Virus record (IMG/VR): IMGVR_UViG_3300021438_000003
Coordinates: 1 to 57,641 of that record
DNA: 57,641 nucleotides
Direction: 5' to 3' (one strand)
Source of the DNA: a virus
Taxonomy: Duplodnaviria; Caudoviricetes
Both the position numbers and the translations under genes were made by a program. Position 1 is the stretch's first letter; the number at the start of each line of letters is the position of its first letter. Below are positions 7,189-16,331 of this stretch, in pieces. The notes under the pieces are model-generated. The model was not told the DNA's origin and did not search any database. It saw only the letters and a list, made by a program, of their open reading frames with translations.

Positions 7189-9171
7189 ATGATTTTCACA
7201 CTAAAAGAAAGAGCTGAGCAAAGTTTATATTCATTCTTCATACAAGCGTGGCCGATTATTGAAGGACACAGCAAGTTTGTAGATGAATGGTTTTTAGAGG
7301 TGATTGCTGAGCATCTTGAGCTGGTTTATAAGAGAGAGATTAAGAATTTATTAATAAATGTTCCCCCTCGCGTCGGTAAAACTAGTTTGATAAGCATTGC
7401 GTTCCCTGCATGGGTTTGGATTAAGGATGCTACAGAGAAGATAATCAGTGCATCATGCACCAACTCTTTATCTTTAGACATTGCTGATAAGAGCAGGCTT
7501 CTAATACAAAGCAGCTGGTATCAGGAGAACTGGGGGCATCTGTTCAAGATAAGAATAGATCAGAACTCCAAGAGTTATTTTGCTAATGATAAACTTGGTT
7601 ATCGTATATCTACCTCAGTCGGATCATCTATTATCGGTCGTGGTGGTTCAATTCAAATTTGTTTAACAGCAGATACATTTATAGATACTAATAAAGGGAG
7701 TATTACAATAGGTGAAATTGTTAATGATAATCTTGATGTAAGAGTTTTAAGTTACAATCATGAGTTAAATATTACAGAGTATAAGCAAATAAAAACTTAT
7801 TATAAACATGAAGGTAAATTAATTTATAGAATACTTATCGCTAGTTGTTTAGAAGAAAAACCATTTTTTATTACAACTTTAAAATGTACGGAAGAGCATC
7901 CTATATTTGTAATAGGTAAAGGTTATATAAAAGCAAAAGAGATATTAGTAGGTGATAAATGTTTGTTTTTATCTAATAATATAAATGAAGTAACTGTTCG
8001 TTCAATTGTTTTAACTGATGATAATCCTGACTATGTTTATAACTTAGAGATAAAAGACAATAATAATTACTTTGCTAATAATATTCTTGTTCATAATTGC
8101 GACGATCCTAACGTTGTTGGTGGTGAATCAGAGGTTGTAAGAGATAGCGTTAATAACTGGTGGTCGATGAAGTGGTATAACAGGCTTAACGATATTCAGA
8201 ACGACAGAAGAATATTAGTGCAGCAAAGAGGTGATGAGAAAGATGTGTCTGGCAGTGTAATAGCTAACGACATTAATAATGAATGGGTAAAGCTTATACT
8301 ACCTTTAGAGTATGAATCACAATGCAAACGCCCAACTGTTCCCTTGTTCTGGACACGTGGGAAACCTTGGGAAGATAAGAGAACAAAAGACGGCGAATTA
8401 CTTACTAATCGATTGACAATTGATGATGTTAATAAGCTTAAGAAAGAATTGGGCTCTTATGGTTATGCTGCTCTTTACCAGCAAAGACCAGCTCCTCTTG
8501 ATGGAGGTATAATTAAGAAGCATTGGTTCAAGTTATACAAGTGGGGATTGCCGCAGATAGATTATGTTATCCAGAGCTGGGATACTGCCCTTACTGCTAA
8601 CGATGATAGTGCTTATTCTGCCTGTAGCACATGGGGATTATTCCAGGATAGATATGATAATACAAATGTGATACTATTGTCATGCTGGCGAGGCAGACTT
8701 GAATATCCAGAACTTAGGGAAAGGATTAAAAGGCTCGCTGATAACTATATGGATGTTGGTGAGATAGTTAATAAAAGGTTAATATTTAAGAAACCTGATA
8801 AAATAGTAATAGAGGCAAAGGCGTCTGGTGAGCCGTTGTTGCAGGATTTAAAAAGAGCTGGTGTTTACGGGCATCCTTTCATACCTAACAAGCATGGTGA
8901 TAAAACCCAGCGTGTTAGATTGATAACGCCGCTAATTGAGGCGGGTGTAGTATGGATGCCTGCGCAAGCTAATAATCCTGATCGGATGGAGGATTTTGCG
9001 GATGAGTTTGTTAACGAAGTTAGTTACTTTCCAAATCCAAGAAGTTTGGATTATACTGATACGTTAACGCAGGCATTGATAGTACTTAGAGATGGTAGTA
9101 GTATTAAGAATCCTAAAGACTATTATGAGCCTGATGATATGCGAGAAGAAACACAAGCATGGTATAGATAA
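7189..9171 (+). CDS. terL: Terminase large subunit with intein
   Basis: Walker A NVPPRVGKT; Walker B IQI/CDDP split by an intein; YQQRP; nuclease SWDTA, IEAKASG, DYTD. Confidence 0.95.
   Translation: MIFTLKERAEQSLYSFFIQAWPIIEGHSKFVDEWFLEVIAEHLELVYKREIKNLLINVPPRVGKTSLISIAFPAWVWIKDATEKIISASCTNSLSLDIADKSRLLIQSSWYQENWGHLFKIRIDQNSKSYFANDKLGYRISTSVGSSIIGRGGSIQICLTADTFIDTNKGSITIGEIVNDNLDVRVLSYNHELNITEYKQIKTYYKHEGKLIYRILIASCLEEKPFFITTLKCTEEHPIFVIGKGYIKAKEILVGDKCLFLSNNINEVTVRSIVLTDDNPDYVYNLEIKDNNNYFANNILVHNCDDPNVVGGESEVVRDSVNNWWSMKWYNRLNDIQNDRRILVQQRGDEKDVSGSVIANDINNEWVKLILPLEYESQCKRPTVPLFWTRGKPWEDKRTKDGELLTNRLTIDDVNKLKKELGSYGYAALYQQRPAPLDGGIIKKHWFKLYKWGLPQIDYVIQSWDTALTANDDSAYSACSTWGLFQDRYDNTNVILLSCWRGRLEYPELRERIKRLADNYMDVGEIVNKRLIFKKPDKIVIEAKASGEPLLQDLKRAGVYGHPFIPNKHGDKTQRVRLITPLIEAGVVWMPAQANNPDRMEDFADEFVNEVSYFPNPRSLDYTDTLTQALIVLRDGSSIKNPKDYYEPDDMREETQAWYR
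7660..8097 (+). mobile_element. Mini-intein (146 aa, no homing endonuclease) in TerL Walker B
   Basis: Begins CLTADT, block B CTEEHP, block F VYNLEI, ends ILVHN followed by +1 Cys. Confidence 0.92.
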
Positions 9172-9273
9172 AAGAAAACCCCTTAATGATGGAGGACTAA
9201 CAACAAGATTAAGGGGAAATGAGCAAATAATTGAAAAGTTGTTTTTAGGAAAACAATAAAACTAAAAGACAAC
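9171..9273 (-). ncRNA. Candidate ~100-nt antisense small RNA with anti-RBS loop
   Basis: Own promoter at 9280-9308; no ORF; 3' hairpin CCCCUUAAU-[CUUGUUGUUAGUCCUCCAUC]-AUUAAGGGG followed by UUUUCUUU. Confidence 0.6.
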
Positions 9274-9279
9274 AGAGAT

Positions 9280-9308
9280 ATAATAACTATTAATATTTTT
9301 GTTGTCAA
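9280..9308 (-). promoter_or_regulatory. Sigma70-type promoter antisense to the late operon
   Basis: TTGACA (9308-9303)-17 nt-TATTAT. Confidence 0.7.
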
Positions 9309-9311
9309 TTA

Positions 9312-11687
9312 ATGAAAAATAAAGAAAGGCTACGGCTTAACAAAACTAGCAGGCAATCAACTCTTGATAACGATCTAGCTAGCATTGATCCCAACGTTAA
9401 CTTGGATGTTATTAATAAAGTTAATGATTTGGAAGACGGATCGAGTGTTTATGAGATAGGTGACCCTGAACAGGATAAACCAAAGGACGACAAATTCCAT
9501 TCGAACCTTGCTGTTAATATGAAAGACGGCACGCTTAAGAAGCTTGCTGAGTTTGTACTTGAGGCTATTGATGAGGATATAGAAGCGAGACAACCTTGGC
9601 TTGATCTTCATAATAAGCTTAAAAAATATACCGGTTACGATGGTGAAGATTTAACTAGTATCCCTTTCTCACAAGCTTGTCGTACTGTAGATAGTACATT
9701 ATCGACAGCTGTGATTCGTTTCTGCGCAACAACTGTAGCTGAGATGTTACCAGAAAGCGGCCCAGCTGGTTTTAAAATATTTGGACAGGAAACGGAAGAG
9801 CTTGAGTACATATCTAAAGTAAGGAGTCAGTGGCTTAATTATTATCTAACTGTTAAAGACGCCGAATATTATAAAGACTATGAGAAGTTTATATATTACT
9901 TGGGTTTTTACGGCACAATCATTCGTAAGGTTTATTATGATAATATCCTTAAAATGCCTCTATCAAGGTTCATCTTACCTGAGAACTTCCTTGTTAATAT
10001 AGATTGCAGTTCTATTCTCGACTCAGATAGATTAACACATATTCTAAAACTATCTGCTCGTGAAGTATTACTTAATCAGAAGAATAAAATATATCGTGAT
10101 GTTGAACTACCTTATCTAAAGGTTGGAGCAAATGAGAATGATAATAGCTATAACGATGATGAGGAGGATACCAAGACATCAAACAGTGTTATTGACCTTG
10201 ATGTTTATACGCAGCGTTCACTCCATGATGTTTATGAGTCCCATATATATTTAAACCTTGAGACGTTTGAGGATAGTTACAATTCCGATGAGATAACGGA
10301 GGTGGCTAAACCTTATATAGTTACAATAGATAAGGAAAGCAGAGAGATACTAAGGATCGAGCGTAACTGGAAAGAAACAGATAAGGAGTTCAAGAGACGT
10401 AAGTTCTTCGTTGCATATCAGTATTACACTGGGTTTGACATATGGGGTCAAGGACTGGCCAGAATGGCGGGTAATGGGGCGATAACAGTTACCAACATGC
10501 TCCGTCAGACTATTGATGCAGCGACCTATCAGAATTTACCGGCCGGTTTTATTCAAAAAGGAACAAGCAAGCAGCAGATAACTGATATAACCCTTGGTGC
10601 TGGTCAATGGAAGTTTCTAGACGCAGCTGGTGATATAAGACAGATGTTTGCCCCTCTTCCAGCAAACGGACCATCACAGGCATTAATGCAGTTAAGACAG
10701 GAAATAATAGGTCAGATGCAGGACCAGTTATCTACCAGTGAACTTGGGATGATGGATAGCAAGGAGGATATCCCGACAGGTACGGCTATTGCGTTCTTGC
10801 AGGAAAAGAACAAGATACAGTCTAAAGTCCAGAAGTCCATTCATAATTCATTCTCTCAGGAGCTAAGACTTCTTGATGAGATATTCAAGGAAGTAATAGA
10901 TCGTGAGGAGTTTTTTGTTAACGGCGAGGAATATATTATCACAAGGGATCATTATGTTGATTCCGTTCAGTTAGTACCAGTATCCGACCCTTCTATTAAC
11001 TCTACTATTGAACGGGTAATGAAAGCGGAAGCTGTGTTTCAAACAGCAATGCAGCTACCAGATAAGGTTAACGCTGTTGAAGCTATTAAAATGATATTCA
11101 AGGCGCAAGGCTTGCCGCAGGATGAGATAGAGAGCTTATTGATGCAGGACGAGCAGCAGGAGATAGAGCCTCGCGATCCAATAACCGAAAACATGGACTT
11201 GATGCAAGGTAAACCTGTGAAAGCAGGTATTGAACAGAACCATGATGCGCATATTGTTGTTCATTCTGGTGTTGATAATGAAGCATCAGCTGCGCATATT
11301 CAAGAGCATATGGCTCTCAAGTTCATGCTCCAGATGCAGAATGAGATGGGTATAGATTTAAGTCAGGTTGATCCAAATGACAGGGAAGCCCAAGACATGT
11401 TAGCACTAAAAGCAGCAGAAGCAATAACTGCACTTGGACTTGGTAATAATGTCGATGAGGATAAACAACTTGACCCTAACGAGTTAATTAGAGCTGAAAT
11501 CGAACAGAAAAGAGAGGAAAGCCTGATTAGAAAACAGATTGCAGATGATCAATTAGAAGCTGACGCGTTTAAAACACAGCTGCACTTTGAAGAGACCAAG
11601 CAGAAGCTTAAACTTGAGAAAGAGAAAGCATTGCTTGAAGCTAAAATTGAAATGGAGAAATTAAGAAGTAAATTTGGTGGATTATAA
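9312..11687 (+). CDS. Portal protein
   Basis: 791 aa after terL; FHSNLA, RKVYYD, QTIDAATYQNLPAGF and DPITEN...KA..EQNHDAHI motifs typical of P22-like/podoviral portals. Confidence 0.9.
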   Translation: MKNKERLRLNKTSRQSTLDNDLASIDPNVNLDVINKVNDLEDGSSVYEIGDPEQDKPKDDKFHSNLAVNMKDGTLKKLAEFVLEAIDEDIEARQPWLDLHNKLKKYTGYDGEDLTSIPFSQACRTVDSTLSTAVIRFCATTVAEMLPESGPAGFKIFGQETEELEYISKVRSQWLNYYLTVKDAEYYKDYEKFIYYLGFYGTIIRKVYYDNILKMPLSRFILPENFLVNIDCSSILDSDRLTHILKLSAREVLLNQKNKIYRDVELPYLKVGANENDNSYNDDEEDTKTSNSVIDLDVYTQRSLHDVYESHIYLNLETFEDSYNSDEITEVAKPYIVTIDKESREILRIERNWKETDKEFKRRKFFVAYQYYTGFDIWGQGLARMAGNGAITVTNMLRQTIDAATYQNLPAGFIQKGTSKQQITDITLGAGQWKFLDAAGDIRQMFAPLPANGPSQALMQLRQEIIGQMQDQLSTSELGMMDSKEDIPTGTAIAFLQEKNKIQSKVQKSIHNSFSQELRLLDEIFKEVIDREEFFVNGEEYIITRDHYVDSVQLVPVSDPSINSTIERVMKAEAVFQTAMQLPDKVNAVEAIKMIFKAQGLPQDEIESLLMQDEQQEIEPRDPITENMDLMQGKPVKAGIEQNHDAHIVVHSGVDNEASAAHIQEHMALKFMLQMQNEMGIDLSQVDPNDREAQDMLALKAAEAITALGLGNNVDEDKQLDPNELIRAEIEQKREESLIRKQIADDQLEADAFKTQLHFEETKQKLKLEKEKALLEAKIEMEKLRSKFGGL

Positions 11688-11827
11688 ATTTAATTATAGA
11701 ACAGTTAATATTTATAAATGTAATAAATGTGGCTATGAAAACGAATCAGTTTTTGCCATACGTACTATCCAGATTTTATTATGTGGAGAATGTAATTGTT
11801 ATTTTAATAATAGGGAGGATAAAAATA

Positions 11828-12025
11828 ATGAAAGACCATGAGTATATATTAACAGAGATTAACAAAAACATTAAGGATACATTGGAAAGTATCGAGAATC
11901 GTATTGTTAGCGGCGGCATACAGACAATGGAGGATTACAAGTTTAATCTTGGTATCAGGTATGCACTAACAAAACTTGAAGATTATATAAAACTAGTAAG
12001 CAGGGAGGACGGGATTAATGAGTAA
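11828..12025 (+). CDS. Small conserved head-module protein (likely start MKDHE at 11828)
   Basis: GGGAGG RBS; GG...MEDYK...G...AL pattern typical of the gene between portal and GroES. Confidence 0.7.
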   Translation: MKDHEYILTEINKNIKDTLESIENRIVSGGIQTMEDYKFNLGIRYALTKLEDYIKLVSREDGINE

Positions 12026-12425
12026 TTATTACATGCAAGTAGATTTGTCAGACAATGACGAGATCGGTATTGATCTGGATACTTTTAATAAAGAAGAGGA
12101 GTTAAAACTTTTTGAAGATTGTACTATTAAACCGACTGACATTTTAATCAGATTATATATTCAACCTAAGAAAACAAAAGGCGGGATAATTCTTGATAAC
12201 ACCAAGGATATTTTCCATGAGATAGTAGGTTACGTTGCTAAAATCGGCAAGTGTGGGTTCAGTGGTGAGCGTTATAAGGACTGGGGGCATTGGTATAAAG
12301 TAGGTGATTGGGTTGCGTTCCCAAGACACGCAGGTATTAGATATACTTATAAGAAATTGCCTGTGTTCTCTATTGTAGATGATGCGCCGATGATGGTAGT
12401 ACCAGACCCAAGATACGTTAAATAA
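12018..12425 (+). CDS. GroES/Cpn10-like co-chaperonin
   Basis: P...ILIR...KTKGGIIL...GYVAKIG...KVGDWVAF. Confidence 0.85.
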   Translation: MSNYYMQVDLSDNDEIGIDLDTFNKEEELKLFEDCTIKPTDILIRLYIQPKKTKGGIILDNTKDIFHEIVGYVAKIGKCGFSGERYKDWGHWYKVGDWVAFPRHAGIRYTYKKLPVFSIVDDAPMMVVPDPRYVK

Positions 12426-12435
12426 TAGGTAGCAA

Positions 12436-13476
12436 ATGAAAGACAATACAACATACGGCATCGATCCTAGTGATGATACTGCTGCTGTTTTAGCTGAGAT
12501 TGAGAAAAACGTTCAGGAAGAACAGGAAGCAGGCACTTTTGGAAAAGATGACCATAAAAAAGACTATATCGATCCAAGAGTTGATGGACTTGAGAATCTG
12601 GAAGACCTTGAGCAGGCAAATATTGCTGATGATGAGGTAGTAGAAGAGAAAAAAGAAGCTAAAAAGGAGCTTAAGGAAGAAGAAAAAGAGGAAGAACCTA
12701 GCGAACTTGATCTTTTTAGGGAAAAATACTACAAGGAAAAGCAAAAACGCAAAGGTGTTTATGCTGATCGTCAGAAATTAGAACAGGAAAACGAAGAACT
12801 AAGAAAGTATTTACAAAATACTATCAGTTCTAATGCTGAGTTATATAAAAATAATCTAGTTAGCGACCTTGAGAAGATAAAGGGGCTTAGAAAACAGGCA
12901 TTACTTGGTGAAGATCCTGATTTACTTATTGAAGCAGACGATTTATACTATAAAGCGTTAATGAAACTTAACGAATTCGAAGCTAGAAATGGTAAAATAG
13001 ACACAACTGAGGAAACGGAACAGGAAGAACAGCAGGATATACCGGATAGAGCTGAGAGAATTGATGAAGAGGTACTAAATAACGCTAAGGAATGGTTGAA
13101 TAACAGACCTGAGCTTATTGAGGGTTCAAAACAGTATAATCCTCGTATTCAGAAAGCTGTTGCAACGTTTATAGAGGAGTTTGATGGTGAGTTAAGACGC
13201 CAAGGTAGAGCTGACGATATCCTAAGCGAGGATTATCTTGACGTTCTTGATGAATTTATCGACACAATCAAGGTAGAGAAGCCTAAATCAGGTTATAAGA
13301 CATCAAGTGTTGGTAGTGTTCGTAACAATTTCTCATCCAGTGGTGGTAATACTAGTACGATTCAGGTTAAACTTGACTCATGGGAAAAGGATTATGCTAA
13401 AAATCTTGGACTTAGTGAGAAAGAGTACTTAAAGGCTAAAATAGAAGACATTAAAGAATCAAGAAGAGGTAGATAA
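12436..13476 (+). CDS. Putative capsid scaffolding protein
   Basis: Acidic coiled coil; C-terminal AKNLGLSEKEY; position in head module. Confidence 0.7.
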   Translation: MKDNTTYGIDPSDDTAAVLAEIEKNVQEEQEAGTFGKDDHKKDYIDPRVDGLENLEDLEQANIADDEVVEEKKEAKKELKEEEKEEEPSELDLFREKYYKEKQKRKGVYADRQKLEQENEELRKYLQNTISSNAELYKNNLVSDLEKIKGLRKQALLGEDPDLLIEADDLYYKALMKLNEFEARNGKIDTTEETEQEEQQDIPDRAERIDEEVLNNAKEWLNNRPELIEGSKQYNPRIQKAVATFIEEFDGELRRQGRADDILSEDYLDVLDEFIDTIKVEKPKSGYKTSSVGSVRNNFSSSGGNTSTIQVKLDSWEKDYAKNLGLSEKEYLKAKIEDIKESRRGR

Positions 13477-13919
13477 TGAGTAGCGAAAGACAATCAAGGG
13501 GCGTAGAGAGCCGAAAAACTGACAAAGAACCCAATCGTGTTAAATACAACATGGATTATGTTAGTTCAACTGATGTGCCTGATCATATAAAGAAGCCGGG
13601 ATTTGAATATTTTTGGGAAAGACATAGTATAAGGGGTCAAAATGATTCTGCGCTGGATGCAAGTCTTCGTAGAGGTTGGAGACCAGTACCTATTGATAGA
13701 GACCCTGAAAGATTTTGCGATATTCTGGATCGTAACCCTTTATCACGTAAATACATATGTCAAGGTGATGTTATTTTACTTGAGAGAGAACTAGCAATTG
13801 GCGAAGCTGAAAAAGAAGGAAGAATCAACCTGTCTCATGAAAGAGTTGTTACTTCACCTGCTTATAATTTTAAAAATGAAAATGTTAAAAGTCATTCAAT
13901 AGGAACAGTGAGAAATTAA
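13476..13919 (+). CDS. Conserved head-module protein
   Basis: PGFEYFWER.S..G...RGWRPV motif. Confidence 0.7.
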   Translation: MSSERQSRGVESRKTDKEPNRVKYNMDYVSSTDVPDHIKKPGFEYFWERHSIRGQNDSALDASLRRGWRPVPIDRDPERFCDILDRNPLSRKYICQGDVILLERELAIGEAEKEGRINLSHERVVTSPAYNFKNENVKSHSIGTVRN

Positions 13920-13920
13920 G

Positions 13921-15063
13921 ATGGCGTATTACCCACCAAACGGCAGTTATGCACAAGTAATAATGAATGAAGATGTATATCTTGATTATCCGTATTCAGC
14001 GGATGTATCCAAGACTACTATTCAAGATCTCATGGGCATAAATGCTAATCTGGCAGCTTTATCTTTAATATTACCTGACGCTACTGAGACAGGACCGGGG
14101 TTTTCAATAGCGTTTAGTAATATTGGAGCTAACGCAGTTAGTATCAAGCTAAATGATGGAGCAACACAGCTGGTTAATCTAGCTGTTGGTGCAAGCCTTG
14201 CGATAACACTTAGTGATAGCACAACTGCTAATGGTGTATGGTTAATATTGCCGCTTGGTAATGGTGTACCCGGTATTACTACTTTTACAGTTAATAGTCC
14301 GAATGACAGTATTAATATAACAAATGGAACAGTAACTAACCCTAATGGCACAGTAAGTATTGATGTTCCAACATTAATAAACAAAATAAATGGATTAGGA
14401 TCATTAACTCAAGGGTTGGTTGTTATAAACAATAATGAAGTTGATCCTTGGTACATAACATTGCTTGCCGGTGATGGCAATATCACTGTAACAAATGGTG
14501 ATGGAAGTAGTTTTGGTGATCCTATTGTTATTAATTTAAATAATACTATTGAAATTGATCAGGTAACAGCTGGTAACATTGCTATTAGTGGTAATGAAAT
14601 TAGTAATACAGCTAATAATACTGATATGAATGTTAATACAACAGGTACTTCATATTTAATATTAAACGGCGTTAAGATAGATACAAGCGGTAACATCAGT
14701 AATATTAACAGTTTAAGTGCTACTACTGCTTTCATAGGCCCTAATATATCTAAGGCGTGGTGTCGCTTTACAAATACATCCGGTACATTGGTTGTAACAA
14801 GTAGTTATAATGTAGATAGTATAACTTATGATTCATTAAGTTTTCAATACACCATTAATTTCACTACCCCTATGGGATCAACAGAATACGGAGTATTTAT
14901 AAGTTGTGCTAACAATAATAGTACTCCTCCGCTGCAAACAAGAGTTGGTTATGACGTTGTAAAGACGGAAGACTATGTGAATATAGTACTAGCTGACTTA
15001 TCAGGTGAAATGTTAACTGATTTTCCTGAGGGAGTATCGGTTATGATTTACTCTTTAATATAA
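13921..15063 (+). CDS. Structural fibre-like protein
   Basis: Thr/Asn/Gly-rich beta repeats; C-terminal AWCRF...SYNV...YTINF domain. Confidence 0.65.
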   Translation: MAYYPPNGSYAQVIMNEDVYLDYPYSADVSKTTIQDLMGINANLAALSLILPDATETGPGFSIAFSNIGANAVSIKLNDGATQLVNLAVGASLAITLSDSTTANGVWLILPLGNGVPGITTFTVNSPNDSINITNGTVTNPNGTVSIDVPTLINKINGLGSLTQGLVVINNNEVDPWYITLLAGDGNITVTNGDGSSFGDPIVINLNNTIEIDQVTAGNIAISGNEISNTANNTDMNVNTTGTSYLILNGVKIDTSGNISNINSLSATTAFIGPNISKAWCRFTNTSGTLVVTSSYNVDSITYDSLSFQYTINFTTPMGSTEYGVFISCANNNSTPPLQTRVGYDVVKTEDYVNIVLADLSGEMLTDFPEGVSVMIYSLI

Positions 15064-15104
15064 AAATTAACTAATTGACATTTAGTTAATTTTTATGTCA
15101 TAAT
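15062..15104 (+). promoter_or_regulatory. Capsid-operon promoter with the -35 box inside a perfect 13-bp inverted repeat
   Basis: AAAAATTAACTAA-[TTGACAT]-TTAGTTAATTTTT; extended -10 TGtCATAAT at 15096-15104. Confidence 0.7.
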
Positions 15105-15278
15105 ATCATTCAATAAATTCCGCCCTAGTGGCTTTGAGTTAGCTTTTATCTCTGCAAAAAGCAAATATATCCGCATCACGTCGGGGAAGTTTCATTACTT
15201 CATGGGCATATCTAGCCTTTCAAATAGATAAAATCACACAGAATATTTTAATTAACTTAACTATTTTAAGGTAAATTT

Positions 15279-16301
15279 ATGGCGTATGGCGTAAATGCTC
15301 CCTTTGGTTTAAGACCTTATGGTCATTTAATCGGTGGAGCTGACGATATCAGAACTAACAGTAATTACGTAATTGACGTTATTACTGCTTCAACATTGAA
15401 TAAAGGTGATCCGGTAATTTTTGCACCAGTTGTTGCTGATTCTGTTCCCGGGCAATATTATAAAGGCGGTCAGTCTGTTATAACAAGATACAATCCTACT
15501 GTTACATTAGCAGCGGCTAATAACCCTACTACTTTTGTAGCTGGTACAAATCCACCTATTGTTGGTGTATTTCAAGGTTGTGAATATTGGGTAAACGGTA
15601 CTTATTACAATCAGGAATACTGGGTAGCTGGAACTCCTGCTACATCTGTTGTTAAAGCGTACGTAATAGATGATCCGAATGTTATCTGGGATGTACAACT
15701 TGGAACATGGATGGGTTCTAACGGAGATGCTGTAGGACTTGGTGCAGGAACAGCTTTTGTTGTACCACCAACAATGCAGCGTCAAGTTAACCCGTGGCCC
15801 AATACGTACGCAGGCGCTAACTTTAATCCAGTAGTAGCTAGCAGTGCATTAATAGGTAGTAATGTAATGTTACTAACAGGAAGAGGACCTGGTGTTGGCG
15901 GCGGTGGTGGTTCTGGTAGTTTAACAACTATTCAAGTATGGAATGGTGCAGCATCTGCTGTTGCCGGTTATAATGACAACCCTTTAATAGCTAACTATGG
16001 TGGAGTCGGTCCTAGTAACCCGTTAGGTATTTCGACATATTACGCATGTCCTTCCTTAGCAGCTACTACCGATAACCCATCTGTTGCAAATGGTGCAAAT
16101 GAATATGCTAGAAATACGACATCTTCATTTAAAGTTTTAGGATTTACACCAGATCCAAGAAACGTTCCAGCTACATATGGTTTTCCTTCAGCTGCCGCAG
16201 CTACAGCCGGAACATATTTTAACACTCCATTTTTAAACGTAATAGGTGTTATTAATAACCATGCTTTTAAAGCTGGAACAGCAAGTGTAACTCCTGCTTA
16301 A
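15279..16301 (+). CDS. Capsid-associated (decoration/minor capsid) protein
   Basis: N-terminal NAPFGLRP, GDPV, GVFQGCEY and V.DDP motifs; directly upstream of MCP. Confidence 0.75.
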   Translation: MAYGVNAPFGLRPYGHLIGGADDIRTNSNYVIDVITASTLNKGDPVIFAPVVADSVPGQYYKGGQSVITRYNPTVTLAAANNPTTFVAGTNPPIVGVFQGCEYWVNGTYYNQEYWVAGTPATSVVKAYVIDDPNVIWDVQLGTWMGSNGDAVGLGAGTAFVVPPTMQRQVNPWPNTYAGANFNPVVASSALIGSNVMLLTGRGPGVGGGGGSGSLTTIQVWNGAASAVAGYNDNPLIANYGGVGPSNPLGISTYYACPSLAATTDNPSVANGANEYARNTTSSFKVLGFTPDPRNVPATYGFPSAAAATAGTYFNTPFLNVIGVINNHAFKAGTASVTPA

Positions 16302-16331
16302 CAATTAATGAAATATAAAGAGGTTAAATAA

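Noticed and set aside
9186-9230. GGAGGACTAA at 9191 as the RBS of a plus-strand mini-gene
   Set aside because: No start codon at a usable distance; only MMED* and MSK* micro-ORFs exist.
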